64,000 nucleotides of DNA from Tubulanus polymorphus (taxonomy: Eukaryota; Animalia; Nemertea), in contig NC_134033.1 of NCBI RefSeq assembly GCF_964204645.1, forward strand, positions 7,510,655-7,574,654, given 5' to 3'. The position numbers were made by a program, and so were the translations under genes. The notes beneath the pieces were generated by a model. That model saw nothing but the letters and a program-made list of their open reading frames with translations. It searched no databases and had not been told where the DNA came from. Positions 12,423 through 25,000 of this stretch are shown here, one piece after another. Every line of letters starts with the position of its first letter. Position 1 is the first letter of the stretch.

Positions 12423-14706
12423 ACTAGGGGTCCAGGGACACCATGCCCACTTGCGAAGTGGTTTCAAATGCTCAACAATCTAACAATTTCAATATTCAAC
12501 GCCCCCTGGTGACCATATAGAAAAACCAATGACCTTGAACTCTCATAGAACATGTCAGCAGCTACAATTTTGTAATTGATTGTGATAACAAAATATGCCT
12601 CTTTACCAATCTAATATGGAAATACTAAGTTATTCAACGCCCCCTGGTGACCATAAGCAAAAGCCTATGACCTTGAAACTCACCACAATCACAGAACATG
12701 TTACTACAACTTTGCAATTGATCATGGTAACAAAATATGCCTAGGTACCATTATAATAAGGAAATACTAAGTTATTCTACTATTCAACGTTCCCTGGTGA
12801 CCATATAGAATAACTCATGTCCTTAAAACTCACTTCAATCATAGGATGATGTCATCAGCTACAACTTTGCAATTGATTGTGGTAACAAAATATGCTTAGG
12901 TATCAAATTCATGTGGAACTTGAAAGAATCTTTCTATGTGGTCGGGTTAGAAACCTTTGATCGAAGACACTCAGTGACAGTTGCGAACTACACCATTCAA
13001 CACCAGGCCACTACATGAGAGCACAATAAGTACACTGATACGATGTTGCAGTCTATATTCCCTTGTGGCCACGCAGCTGTAGCTACTTAGCGATCTGTAG
13101 CTACTTTGTTGCGATATCGTCTCATCAACATGCCATATCAACATATTGCTGTGCAATTATGAAGCAGGGTCAACAAGTCGATACTCGCATAGAGGCAGGA
13201 TCGTAGCGAACGAGCCGCGTCGATTCACAGGTTCCATTTCAAGTATATACTACACAATCTTGGTCAACCAGTACAGTGTTTTTTAATGGAAATTAGTATT
13301 CTTTAAAATTCATCTGTATATCGATACAAACGTTTTTTTTCATCATGATGACCCAGGGCGTATGCATATTTAATTTTAGTTCAAATATTTTCAAAGGAAT
13401 CTTTTTCTATCAATAGATTATCCTTTATCTAAATATTAATGGCTTCGTTGATTTTGATGAGCTACACGTGTTACTAAAACGATGGCGCTATCATCACAGC
13501 TCCGCAGTAAATATTGCAAACTATGTCGCACATCAACATGGAATTTTCTGCACAGTACAAGATGCTATTAGATTAATCTTTCTCATCTTTCTCTGAATTT
13601 TAGTTAGAGTAAATCGGATGATGAAAATTAATTTCATTTAGTTCTTAACTTTTGAAGTGAGGATTGGAAACTGTATTACTCGTGATATATGATGAACCTG
13701 TTTTCGGAACACAAATCTTAGATGCTTACACGCGTGAGAAGTGCTGGTTTTATGTCTTTGCCCAGGCCTCATATCATAACCAAATATCCGTTGTTGATTC
13801 AAATTTCATCAAAAACTGTTTTTTAGGCCTACGATATACAATACAACAAGTAGCGGCACACCTCAACGAGTAAGAATTCTTTTTTTTTAGAAAGGCTGAT
13901 CACCACAGCCATATCGGCGTGCAAAAGTCAAGGGATATCCCGATATGACATCAGGCGGGAAAATAATAATTATTTTACAGAATTCCTTCAATTTCTCCTT
14001 TCAGAAATAAATTCATTCATTCTTTGAACAAACTCAGGAAAATGCAACAAATTCCAGACTACCTGAGCAACTTACAAAGCTATCTCATGTCAAATAACGG
14101 AGAAAAGTGGGAAAATGAAGTGCAAGTCGAACCACTACGCAACCCGACCACAAAAACTTTTTCCCACCTACGAATGAGTAATGATGACACCAAGATGACC
14201 CCCAAATGCGTTATAATTGGCTGATTAAAAATACTTGTCTCAGGTATAAAACATCCCTTTTCAAAGAATACCCATCAGAAATTGGAATGAGAAATAGCAA
14301 ACCAGTAGGAAGCTACTGAATTCGGGCCAAAATTGACATTTTTGGGCACAATTGACATTTTTGGACGGCCATCTTGAATCCGATCAAACAATTTTTCTTA
14401 CTTGGGAGATTCAGATATATACGAAAGATCAAGGTAATTGATCAAAGCATCTGGAAAATTTGCCTTTATTTCCATTGAAAAAGTGATTTTGTCGAACAAC
14501 AATGGCTGCCAGTCAGCCATCTTGATACTGACAGGGCCAATTTTTGGACTGAAGGTGTGTCTAGGGTAGTTACATGTGTGACCCAACTATCAAGATGTTA
14601 CATTGAAGCGTCTTCAAAACTTCCCAAAATAACTGGATTCCTTCTACGGACGGACAAACGAAAAGTGAACACAATAGCCCGCTGGGACTTAATTCCCAAG
14701 TGGGCT
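12423..14706 (-). mobile_element. Non-autonomous Helentron-like element (HINE/DINE-1 architecture), copy 1, interrupted by ~1.2 kb (12918-14152)
   Basis: subTIRs gcccacttg(c)ga / tcccaagtgggc, terminal hairpins, ggac microsatellite, ~150-bp tandem units, A-run flank. Confidence 0.75.
12937..14152. mobile_element. Candidate TG...CA element inserted in HINE copy 1
   Basis: 12-bp perfect inverted termini tgtggtcgggtt / aacccgaccaca. HINE sequence resumes right after 14152. No clear TSD. Confidence 0.4.
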
Positions 14707-14922
14707 AAAAACAATCCAGTATTATCATGGTTTAAAATTAGTATTTTTGAAACAAAAGGTTCAATATAAACATGGGATTTTGATTCTACAACAAATATAA
14801 TCATCTATAACGGTCCCTAATACCCCATTCTTTATCATTGTAAATCTCATTACCATCTATCAATTAAGAGCAATGCGATGGTAGTACAGTCAAACTACCA
14901 GTAAATCAAGACAAGATTCAGC

Positions 14923-14928
14923 TTTATT
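14923..14928 (-). promoter_or_regulatory. Candidate polyadenylation signal AATAAA of the Mtl-like gene
   Basis: AATAAA on the minus strand ~1.07 kb past the stop, just before the repeat-rich region begins. No transcript evidence. Confidence 0.25.
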
Positions 14929-15995
14929 CAAATCTGCTGGTATACCTTGATTTCCAGATTCATATTTAGATTAACATAAAACCCATTTAGTACCAACATT
15001 TTCCACATGATTTGTACTAACAATGTTTGACTATATATAAACTGAAAGGTGGACTGGTATAGAGTACAGTTCCTGGACTGCCATACAACTTCAGCTTTAC
15101 TTATTTTTCATTTGTACATTTATCATAATTCAAAATGGTTATCGAAATTATTACTACTATTAACATTATCATTTCCTTAAAAATGTACCAAGAGTTTTCA
15201 AAGGGAGATTATTTGAAGAATTGGTCATTGTGGAATAATCAAAGTATCTGGGTGACAGATCAATCCCGCCTTACCATTTATAAACACCGCGCCTAAGATA
15301 CTGGGGTCAAGTTTGAATCGATCCCATGTGCGCTGGATTGTATAGCTGTCCAGGAGTTGTATAATTTAAGTGATATACCTAACCCATCTAGTAGACCAGT
15401 AGAACAGATGGGATCAGACGAGATGGGGTAGTTAATCAAACTCCTCCAAGAAATTCTCTCTTGTAGTGAAATGACAATCATAACAACCTTATATGAATTT
15501 CATCACATGAACAAGAGGTTTAGTACTACTTGCACTTCCTTTCACACACATTTTTAGCTGTAAAGACACAATAATAATCTGATGAAAACATAGAAAAACT
15601 ATTTTTCAAAAACTCGCAATATTGGCTCACGAAGCACTTGGATCCTGCGAAATGAAGACGTCACAATCAGAGAAGATGCGATAATGTTGAACGTAACAGC
15701 CATCAACATACTCGTAATCGCAATGAATTTGTCACCAGCTATGAAAAAATTCAAAGACATACTTGTATGTAATATATGTACGCGAGGAGATTTTCAAACT
15801 GACATACAAGGCAGTAGCGCTGTCACTGATGTCATAATAACAAAAACTACAGCAATTTTTTAAACACTTCGTCAGTATTTATCCGGCATCGTCGCTATTA
15901 CGTATGTACAATTAATAATCCATCATAATTATGTAATAATTATTACAATCATAATAATAATATTGATAATATCGATATAATTTCCTAGAGTATAT

Positions 15996-16073
15996 TCATA
16001 ATACGACACATTTCTTGCCAGTCCCCGGAGAGGGCTGCGGATGCAGAACAGCCCTCACAGCTTCGTCGAAAAC
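15996..16073 (-). CDS. Mtl: Mtl-like GTPase last coding exon with CAAX box
   Basis: tttgtag acceptor. Encodes [25 protein letters not shown] followed by TGA. Confidence 0.94.
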   Translation of the reverse strand, partial: VFDEAVRAVLHPQPSPGTGKKCVVL

Positions 16074-19000
16074 CTACAAACATAGAACAAAGAAAGATTA
16101 GGATTCAAAAGATTTTTAGATCAACCAATTTCAATATTCACTAATAATTCTTTCAAATAATCTAATGCTAATGCCTGGATAGATACTGGTCTCCAGAAAA
16201 TTCGATGGATAGATAGAAACATCCTTTTTGTCCAAACAAATAGACAAATGACAAAGCACAAACATCTGGTCATCATAGATCACGAAAATATCTATGAAAT
16301 TACTACTTTCATAGAGTCAACTTAAACATATATTGCAGTGATAACTACCCAATCTAATAGACCAGTAGCATTTCATCCAAAGCTATTATATTATACAGCA
16401 ACACCATCTACGCTAAAGTTAAGTTGGCAGAAAATGATCCGTTTGTACTGTTACCCAAACATGATGTTACAGACAACTTCACCATCTATATTGTTAAGTT
16501 TTATCTATTTGGTAGAGCGCATGATTCAATTATTTCTGTTAGGCAGATCACAAGCCCGTAGCCAGGATTTTGAAAGGGGCGTTCATAAATTATAAAAAAG
16601 GTTCACTTTTCATGTTTTGTATCCCAGGAAAGCGAGCATCATATGCTTAAAAACAGAATACTGGTTGGGTGCGAATTAAGAGAGGGTGGAACTTATTTGA
16701 TTTGATTTGAAAATTTTGAAAATGGAAACGTTTTAGATGCATTTCTGCCCAAATTCAGTGAATATTTCATATAAAAATGTCACTAAAAAATTGTAACTAA
16801 TCCTCAAAACATTTTCAGGATAAGGTTTTATTAGAATCCAACATTATACACTGGATTCTCATCCTTCATTTATGGACACTGGCAAATTTTTTGATAACAG
16901 TCTATATCTGTATCATAATTATGAATGTGAGCAAGTGCGAGAGAAGGGAGACGTGAAATCAAGTCTAAGAAATTTTCTTTGAAAAAAGTGGATCTCGAGA
17001 TATTGTGGGGGTGCTTTCCCACCCAACGCACATCCCCCCCCCCTGGGTACGGGCCTGTAAGTAACTCTGGATGTTTAATAGTGTAATTTATAATGTTTGC
17101 TAACTACACTCCTCTTGGGTGTTATCCCGCGAATATTTTCGTCACGGCTTTTGTATCTATATCTTCAACATAATGAATGCGCATGAGGGCCAAGGGGGGT
17201 TAATTTATTCTCTGTCATTGAACATTGCATGTAGTTGTTTCGCCGAGACGTTAAGTGACTGGTGAATTTGAAAATGATTTTTTGTATAAATCTGTAATTA
17301 CTGGAGCAATTCTCATTTTAAAAATATCTATAGAATCAATGGAATGTAATATAAAAGAATACTATGATGAAAATGTTATTGAAGAAATATGAAAAAAGTT
17401 TTTTAAATTCATCAACTATGTTACCGTGTGAGCCTAGTGTAAGCCACATGTGTTTATGTAAACATTATAGGCTAAACAACGGACTGCCAGCTGTCGCCGG
17501 TAAGATGCTCTGGCCTACACTGTACATCTCAAGTGGTGCCGGGCTCTGAACCTGTTACATAGGCTAAAAATTACCAAAATCATGAAGGACATTTTCTCAA
17601 AAGGGGCGTTCATTCGAACGGACGACCCCCCTGGCTACAGGCTTGGATCACACGTCTATTAAGCCTGGCACATAACTTTGGCATCACACACCTTACGCAG
17701 TGATGATACAATGATGCAATATATTTATTCTTTGCCTGCCAGGCCTATTTTTCAGGAAATACTGCGCTTTGCCAGGATTTCTGTATTTTTCAGATGTTCA
17801 TAAAACAAAAACTAAACGACATATCTTCATCAAATTTGCTTCATTATGTTCTATTGATATTCGCGTGATTTATTCTTTTTTCCCTTTCCACACTATTTCG
17901 TCGAAAGTACATGGGGTTTTTTACCTTACCGCTGTTTCCGATAAAATCCTTTTAATTTCATTGGGCTCACTATGATCTACAGATACTCAGTGCGAATTTT
18001 GATGAATCAACATTACAAAAGCACTGTTGGGCCGTAAACATCGAAAATTGAGCCCCATTCAATGAGGCAACATGTTTTTCATCCCGAGTCATCATCCCGA
18101 AGTCCACCACAGGCTGCTCGTCACTTCGATTATCGGGGATTTGTTAAAATGGCCGCCTATGTAAGGTGCACTGTTTAGCTGTTCCTGCTTAAGTTGGATA
18201 TAAATACCAAAATATAGCAGCAAAGCAGCGATAACCGGTTTTCTGCTCATCCTCGTTCGTATCTTGATCTTGTCTGAATATTGTGTCGACGATCGCGTGT
18301 AAGCTGATGCAGCCGCAACATGCCATAAAAATCGAAGGGAAGTTAGAATCATGTTCAACTGTCAAAACGGTTTTATAAAAGGACGGTTGACAGTCAATGA
18401 GGCCAACTTTGAAACCATGGATGACTGAACCAGATGGTTATTTGACTCTGGAAAATGGACTGTTAGGCCTCAATTAATCTTTATGGATTTCAAAAAAGCA
18501 TTTGATAAGGTCCAACATCAGCGATTACTAAATAAGATATTCGGAAACGGTATCAATGATGGGTCGCTTAAATGGCTCAGCATATTTCCCTGAACGAAAA
18601 CAGGTGGCCGAATTCAACGAAACTGTCTCATCTTGGAATAAATCGGTCTAACTAGTGGAGTCACGCAAGGTAGTATCCTCAGTCGTCTTCTCTTCGCTCT
18701 CCTGATAGATGATATACAGAGTAATTCAAAATGTACCGGACAGAGTATATTTCCAAAACGACCTAATTTAAAATGTACCCAACAAAGCATATTTCCAAAA
18801 CGACCTAAACAAGCTGTGTTCCGTTCATGGTCAGAAACATGGAAGATGGGCTTCAACATGAAAAGGATACAAACTTCGGGAACGCGATATGAAGGAAGCC
18901 ATGAAGAAATCGGAATCCGAAATGATAAAACTTAAAATTAAAGTCACTGAAAAAAAATCAATATTCTCGTAGAAATAATCCGAGATTCTTTAATATTGAG

Positions 19001-22000
19001 CATTCTGAGGGTGAGAACTGTAAAGAAATCATTGTGTCGTCTCTAAATAACCATTTGAAAGATCAAATTAAGCCACTACATTATGCCGACATTGAAATCA
19101 CGCACCGAGTGCCCTCAAAAACCCGGTCAACTGGGACCGTTAAGGTTAATGCTGACGCAATCATAGTGAAATTTTTTGATCGCGAGATTCGAAATATATT
19201 TTAATAAAAAGCACCTAAAAGAGGCAGATTTTTATGTGTCTGTAGACTTATGCCCTGAGATGAGCTCTATAAAGAAGAAAGCTGAAGAATCTGGTTTCTT
19301 TGAGAAAGTTTGGGCAAATGCAAATGGGATGCTGTTCGGGAGTAAGAAATCTGATGGATCTAAGCATAAGCTGAATCGTCTTGATCCTGCCTTAGCTATA
19401 AATTGCAGTCAAACTATGTAAATCGCCTGATTGCTGAACAAAGAGAGAACCATGAAAATAAATCACTAAATGGCCTTGGAAGTACATCATCATCAAAACG
19501 TAATTACTGGGTAATTATTAGAAAACTATCGGGTGATAAATTTGATAGTGGTATACCAACTCTCTTTGATCAAGAATCAAATAAAGAATGTACCTCGAGT
19601 TTCGAAAAAGCTAATTTATTACTGAATTTGGTGACAAAACAAGAGGCCCTATGGGCCTTGAAGCATTGGTAGATTATACTGTGGTATTAAGTGGTTATAA
19701 TGTTTTACATCTGCCGGCAAATCTTCTATGACGATGTTGATTGGAAGGACCACAGACTTAAAGGTCTATTTGTCTAGTACGATTTTATTCCTGAAAATGA
19801 ATTTATTTTCTGCCGAACGATTTAGCCTAGGCTATTTGTACTGTTAAACCTCATTAATGCGTTAACACTTTCTGTTGAAAAGACGAAACTAGTTTATTCT
19901 AATGTTTTCCATAATGTCCCAGCCAAGATATTTATATCAATAAAGATTTGGATACAAAAACCCATTTTTACGCATGAACTGTTATGCCCCATTGAAAAAT
20001 GAAAACAAAAACAGAACGATTTTTCTGAATGCAATTGCAAGACCCTCTGATTTTAGAGCTCCAAGCTCTGATGCATGTATGCATGCAAAACGTTGCAGAG
20101 AGCGATGCCGGCGTTGGTGTAACTGAGGCCGGCTGATGATTGTTTGTTTGTCTTTTTGTTTGTTTGGCTTTACGTACGTCCTTTGGATCTTGGTTTCCCA
20201 AGACTATTCCTATTGGATTGTTCATTTAACCTCACGACGGTACGGCCTTTGAAGTGTTGCCGGCACACTGTTCGCAGCCAACAGGATCGAACCCACTTGT
20301 CACTCAGCATTGATAGTGGATTCAACAGCATCACGCCTAATCTCACTGAGCTACCGAGGCCGCTCGATTCAATTCCAAAAACTACAGCAAATAACCATCG
20401 CAATATTGCAATTTACGACAAACAACGCGTAAATTCAATCACTGTTGTTTAACGTATGGAAAAGATAATAAAAGGTATTTTTTCCCGGCGCGCATTACAA
20501 AGCGAATCTCTGCTGAGTGCGTAAGAGGGTGCTACCGCCTTATGAGTGCGCAGCAGGCGGGTAGGGCGTCCTAAAGTGAAAACTTATATTAGAATATAGC
20601 CGAATCGAATTTTACAATGTCAGTCAACTGATTGATGATACAACATGGTTGTTCTTGGCGTTCTTAACAATGATATTTTCCTCCAATAAACAACTCTGGT
20701 AAAATTGAATAAAATGATCTATCTTTATTGGTGATATCGTATCATGGTGGTAGCCTACCGTTTACCGTTTGATGTTTTGTGTCATCATGAAATGGTTTAA
20801 ACTTTAGTAAAGGCGTTCCTGCACGATCACATATGGGTTTCAGTCACGAGTAGGCTGCCGTTCCACTGCTCTAGAAATACGTACTCTGACGCTGAGAATT
20901 AATCCCAAATAATCCCATGGATACTGATAGTTGGAATAACAGTGATATCCAAACACTGTGATATTTATAAACCGGAGGTACATAATTTTATGTTTTTCTA
21001 TTCAGAAGAGGCTGTTCCCCATTCTTTACTGCCAATGTCAATGCGGACATATCGCTACGCGATTGTTTAACCCGCTCTCATCTACCATATAATGAACGAG
21101 AAAAATGCGATCGAATAACTTTTTGGACCATTAAATCAGAAATCTGGCGACGCTATGTTGTGGTGAATAATTGAAACATTTTTTCGTCATTTTCAGCTGT
21201 TTCTAATGTTTTACATGAACGGAGTGACAATTTGAAGTTACTATGAAAATTAGAAGAGTCGGCGCTATTTTTTCGTACTACTATTTTCGATCCATTTTAC
21301 TAGCATTGGCATGATGTCATAGACGTCAACCAATGCTAAAAATATCATAACGTCAAAAACTTCCCGATTTCCCAGACCGATGTGTAAATAATGTTACAAT
21401 TAACTTAACATCTCCGGATTGCATCTCCAAATTGATACAACAGTTGCCTATTAATAAAGCCTGTGGTCCGGATGGTATAACAAACAGAATGTTAAAAGCT
21501 TCATAACATCAGATTGGTCTTAGGCCTACTGAATTTCAACCCTCCTAAACATCGTATTCCCACACCTTATTAAACAGGGATAGGTCTCTGGGGTATTCAA
21601 TTCGTAAAATCGATTTCATTTTCGGATTATGAAGAAATTGTTTGTAGGCCTACTTCGCTTTGCAGCAATGTTGCCAAATTTTTTATTGCAAATTTCGTTT
21701 GAAGTTCAATCCACGATTCCGTAAATAATCACAACTACTATACTATGCTTGCTTGAAACAGTAAAGCTCAGTCGGCCTAGAGGTCGCGTACAACTCAATA
21801 AACACTTCAAGCGACCTAGAAACGATCTCCTATGCACTGCGGCATTCGAGACGCTCACTCCAAATATCAAGCTTGAGTCCAGCTTACGGATAAGAATGTG
21901 TAATATACAGGCATTGAGTAAATATCCCCTGGATTTGGTAAAGATCGGTATGTACTGTAGGAAAAATAGAATATTGATAAATGGTTGAAACCTGCGGTCG

Positions 22001-25000
22001 AATCACTGGTAGTAATAAATCCATTTATTGATACCTCGTCACCACAACAGCTTTTCTCCCCTGCATTAGTTTGGCGTGTTTAGGCCTATACGATTCAGTA
22101 CTCTAATGATTTATCCAATGAAAATATCCAATAAAGAAACTAACTGTTTGAAGCCCACGGCCAAATCACTGGGAGTAATAAATTTATTTGTACTTGCTTT
22201 AATTCTCATAGCGACGAGAACTCGCAGCGGATCTGCGGAGCGACGATGAAAAGACACAAGTTGATTCATCGATCTTCAGAGTTCGCCAGTGCTTATAATA
22301 TTTAGAGTAAACTATATCCTGTGGGTCGGTAAGTGTACTGGTGAAGAAAATGGGTAATTGTTAAAATTTACTGTAGGAAGACCGCGGCTGAATGTGAAAT
22401 CTTGCAGCAATAAATTCATTTTCACTTAAATTGATTATCGAAGTGACGAGTAGCCTCCAGTGGATTTCGGGATGATGAAAAAATGTCGCCGCATTGTTTC
22501 CGATACCGCGGGTGATAGGAGTGGTTTATTAACCCCTTCAGTGCTGACCAATTAATACCCTATAGTGCTGAAGATAATTTGAAAATTTTCAAACATTCCA
22601 CCCTAGTGTGTTGAATAACGGGAATACCACTATAGTGCGTCTACACCGCGGCGCGGTGTATCGTTAGTTACTAGTATTTCACTATGTTTGACAGGTGCTG
22701 CCATTTTTCAATAGAGATAATTACTAATTACTAATTAGATAAATACACTGCAGTGCGATGTACTAGCAAAATCTATCACTGATTTATACAACGCACTGTG
22801 GTGTAGACGCACTGAAAGGGTTAAGTTGTGCTACTTTTAGGCCTACGTGGTTAACTGTTTAAAACAAACACAATATAATTGTTGTGTTTATTTACGGATT
22901 CATGGATTGAAATTCAAACAAAATTTGCGATAGAAGATTCAGCAACATTGCTATGACACATAGTACAAAGATTTGTTTCTTCGTCCGAAAATGAAATTGA
23001 TTTTACAAATTGAATACACCATGAGACCTAACCATGTTAAATAGAGGTGTACAATACAATATTTACGAGGGTTAAAGTGCAATAGGTCTAAGCCTCCTCT
23101 GTTACGGAGCCCCGGATGATAAGATCTTTTTTTCGTCCGAAACCTCTTTTCGTTCTAACAAATTCTTTTGTCAGAACAAAAAGTTTTTCTTTCTAACCGA
23201 AAATGTTTTATTCGATCAAACAAAATTGAAAATTTGAAAATGTTCGATCGAACAGAATTGTTTTCATTCGAACTATTATTTGAATAAAATTTTTGCTCAC
23301 CAATTTTTTTTTGTCGGGACAAAAAGTTTTTCCTTCAAACAATAACATAGCTTCTTAAGCTTCTTACTTGAACAAATTTTTTGTCAGAAGGAAAAGTTTT
23401 TCGTTCGAATAAAATGTATATTGTTCGATCGAACAAATTTTTTTTCATTAGAACAAAATTTTCTTGTTTTTCTTGTTTCTTTGTATCCGATATCCATATT
23501 ATGCCTTTTCAGGTTGAAGCTAACCATACATGTTTCTGACCATGTACAGGACTGAACTTGATTAGGTCGTTTTGGAAATTTACTCGGTCCTATACATTTA
23601 AGATAACTGTCTCTCAGGACAGTGAAGAGAAGACGACTTAGAATACTACCTTGCCTGACTCCACTAGTAAGATCTACTTATTTCGAAGATGAGACAGTTC
23701 CGTTGATTTCAGCCACCTGTTTTCGATCGGAGAAAACTGCTGAGCCGTTTAAGCGACCCATCATTTGATACTTATAGTTTGTTTAGTAATCGCTGATTTA
23801 GTACCTTATCAAATGCTTTGTCACAATCCATAAAGACTATAAGGCCTAACGGTCGAGATTCAAATAACCATCTGGTCCAGTTATCCATGGTTTCAAGTAA
23901 GCCTAATTGACGTTTGTAGACCTTCGTTTTATAAAACTGTGTTGACCGTTGAACAGGATTCTATTAAATTCCCTTCATTTTCAATAGCGCGGTGTGACTG
24001 AATCGGCATAGATATTATCGTGATCGACACAGTATTCAGACAAGATCAAGAATACTAACAGGGCTGTGCAGAGAACTCATTATCGATGATTTGCAGCTAT
24101 ATTCTGGTCTTGCTTTTTCATGTAAAATAAGCGGCATTTCTTCTAAGAGTGATAAAATCTGCAGCAATGACCAGTGAAAAGGGGGTATTTTGCAGAAAAT
24201 ATGCCCATTCATGCGTGTTCAGTCCCCAATTAAATAAATGACGTCACTAACACAATGAATATAACTACTGACGATAGTTTGGTTTAGTAGTAAAAGGCAT
24301 TCAACTAACTGATGTTGTGCGATGAATTTGCCATCTATCGTTTAAGTTAAGAAACAAGTCAACCGTACCAGTACGGTTTTGCCAGGCAAGTGATGGGAGA
24401 TATTGAACGTACCAGTTCGTTTTTGGCAGGCAATGAGTTAGGTAAAGTTATACGTGGGAAGTACCCAAACCTTTTGCACCCTTCCCCCTAAACATCAATA
24501 GATCTAGTGAACAATAAAGCAGGCGGTGCCAGTCGATGGGAGGTAAAATTGCAAGGTAACTAGTGGCATTTAATACTGTCGGATAGCTTCCTTTTTAGGA
24601 CTTACTTGTTTTAATCCACGCTGAGTCAATGCTGAACATTCCATATATTTATTCGCGCGTATTTTTGATGCAAGTTTTATTCCCTGTTCACGTTTAATCG
24701 CAGATAGACCCTGACCAGCTAGCTGCGATATCGCTTTTTTATCTTCCCTCAGATCTATTTTTGTTCCTACAAACATTAAAGCAAAAATTTCAGATGTCTG
24801 TCAGATGCATAGGAATTGTGATGATGTAATTTTTTTGTCAAGATGCCTATAAGTACAGCCGACCGGCATTTTTAATCGTTACTTTAGGGGTCTGGCTCAA
24901 AAATGATGATTTATACGATTAATGAATTAAGTGCATTTTGACTTTCTGCTTTCAATCACCAGTCTTAATGTTTATTTATGGAACCTGTGCTTTGGCTCCA

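Noticed and set aside
620-15481. Short ORFs in the first 15 kb as host genes
   Set aside because: No recognisable domains, and many overlap repeats. Small exons of an undetected gene cannot be excluded.
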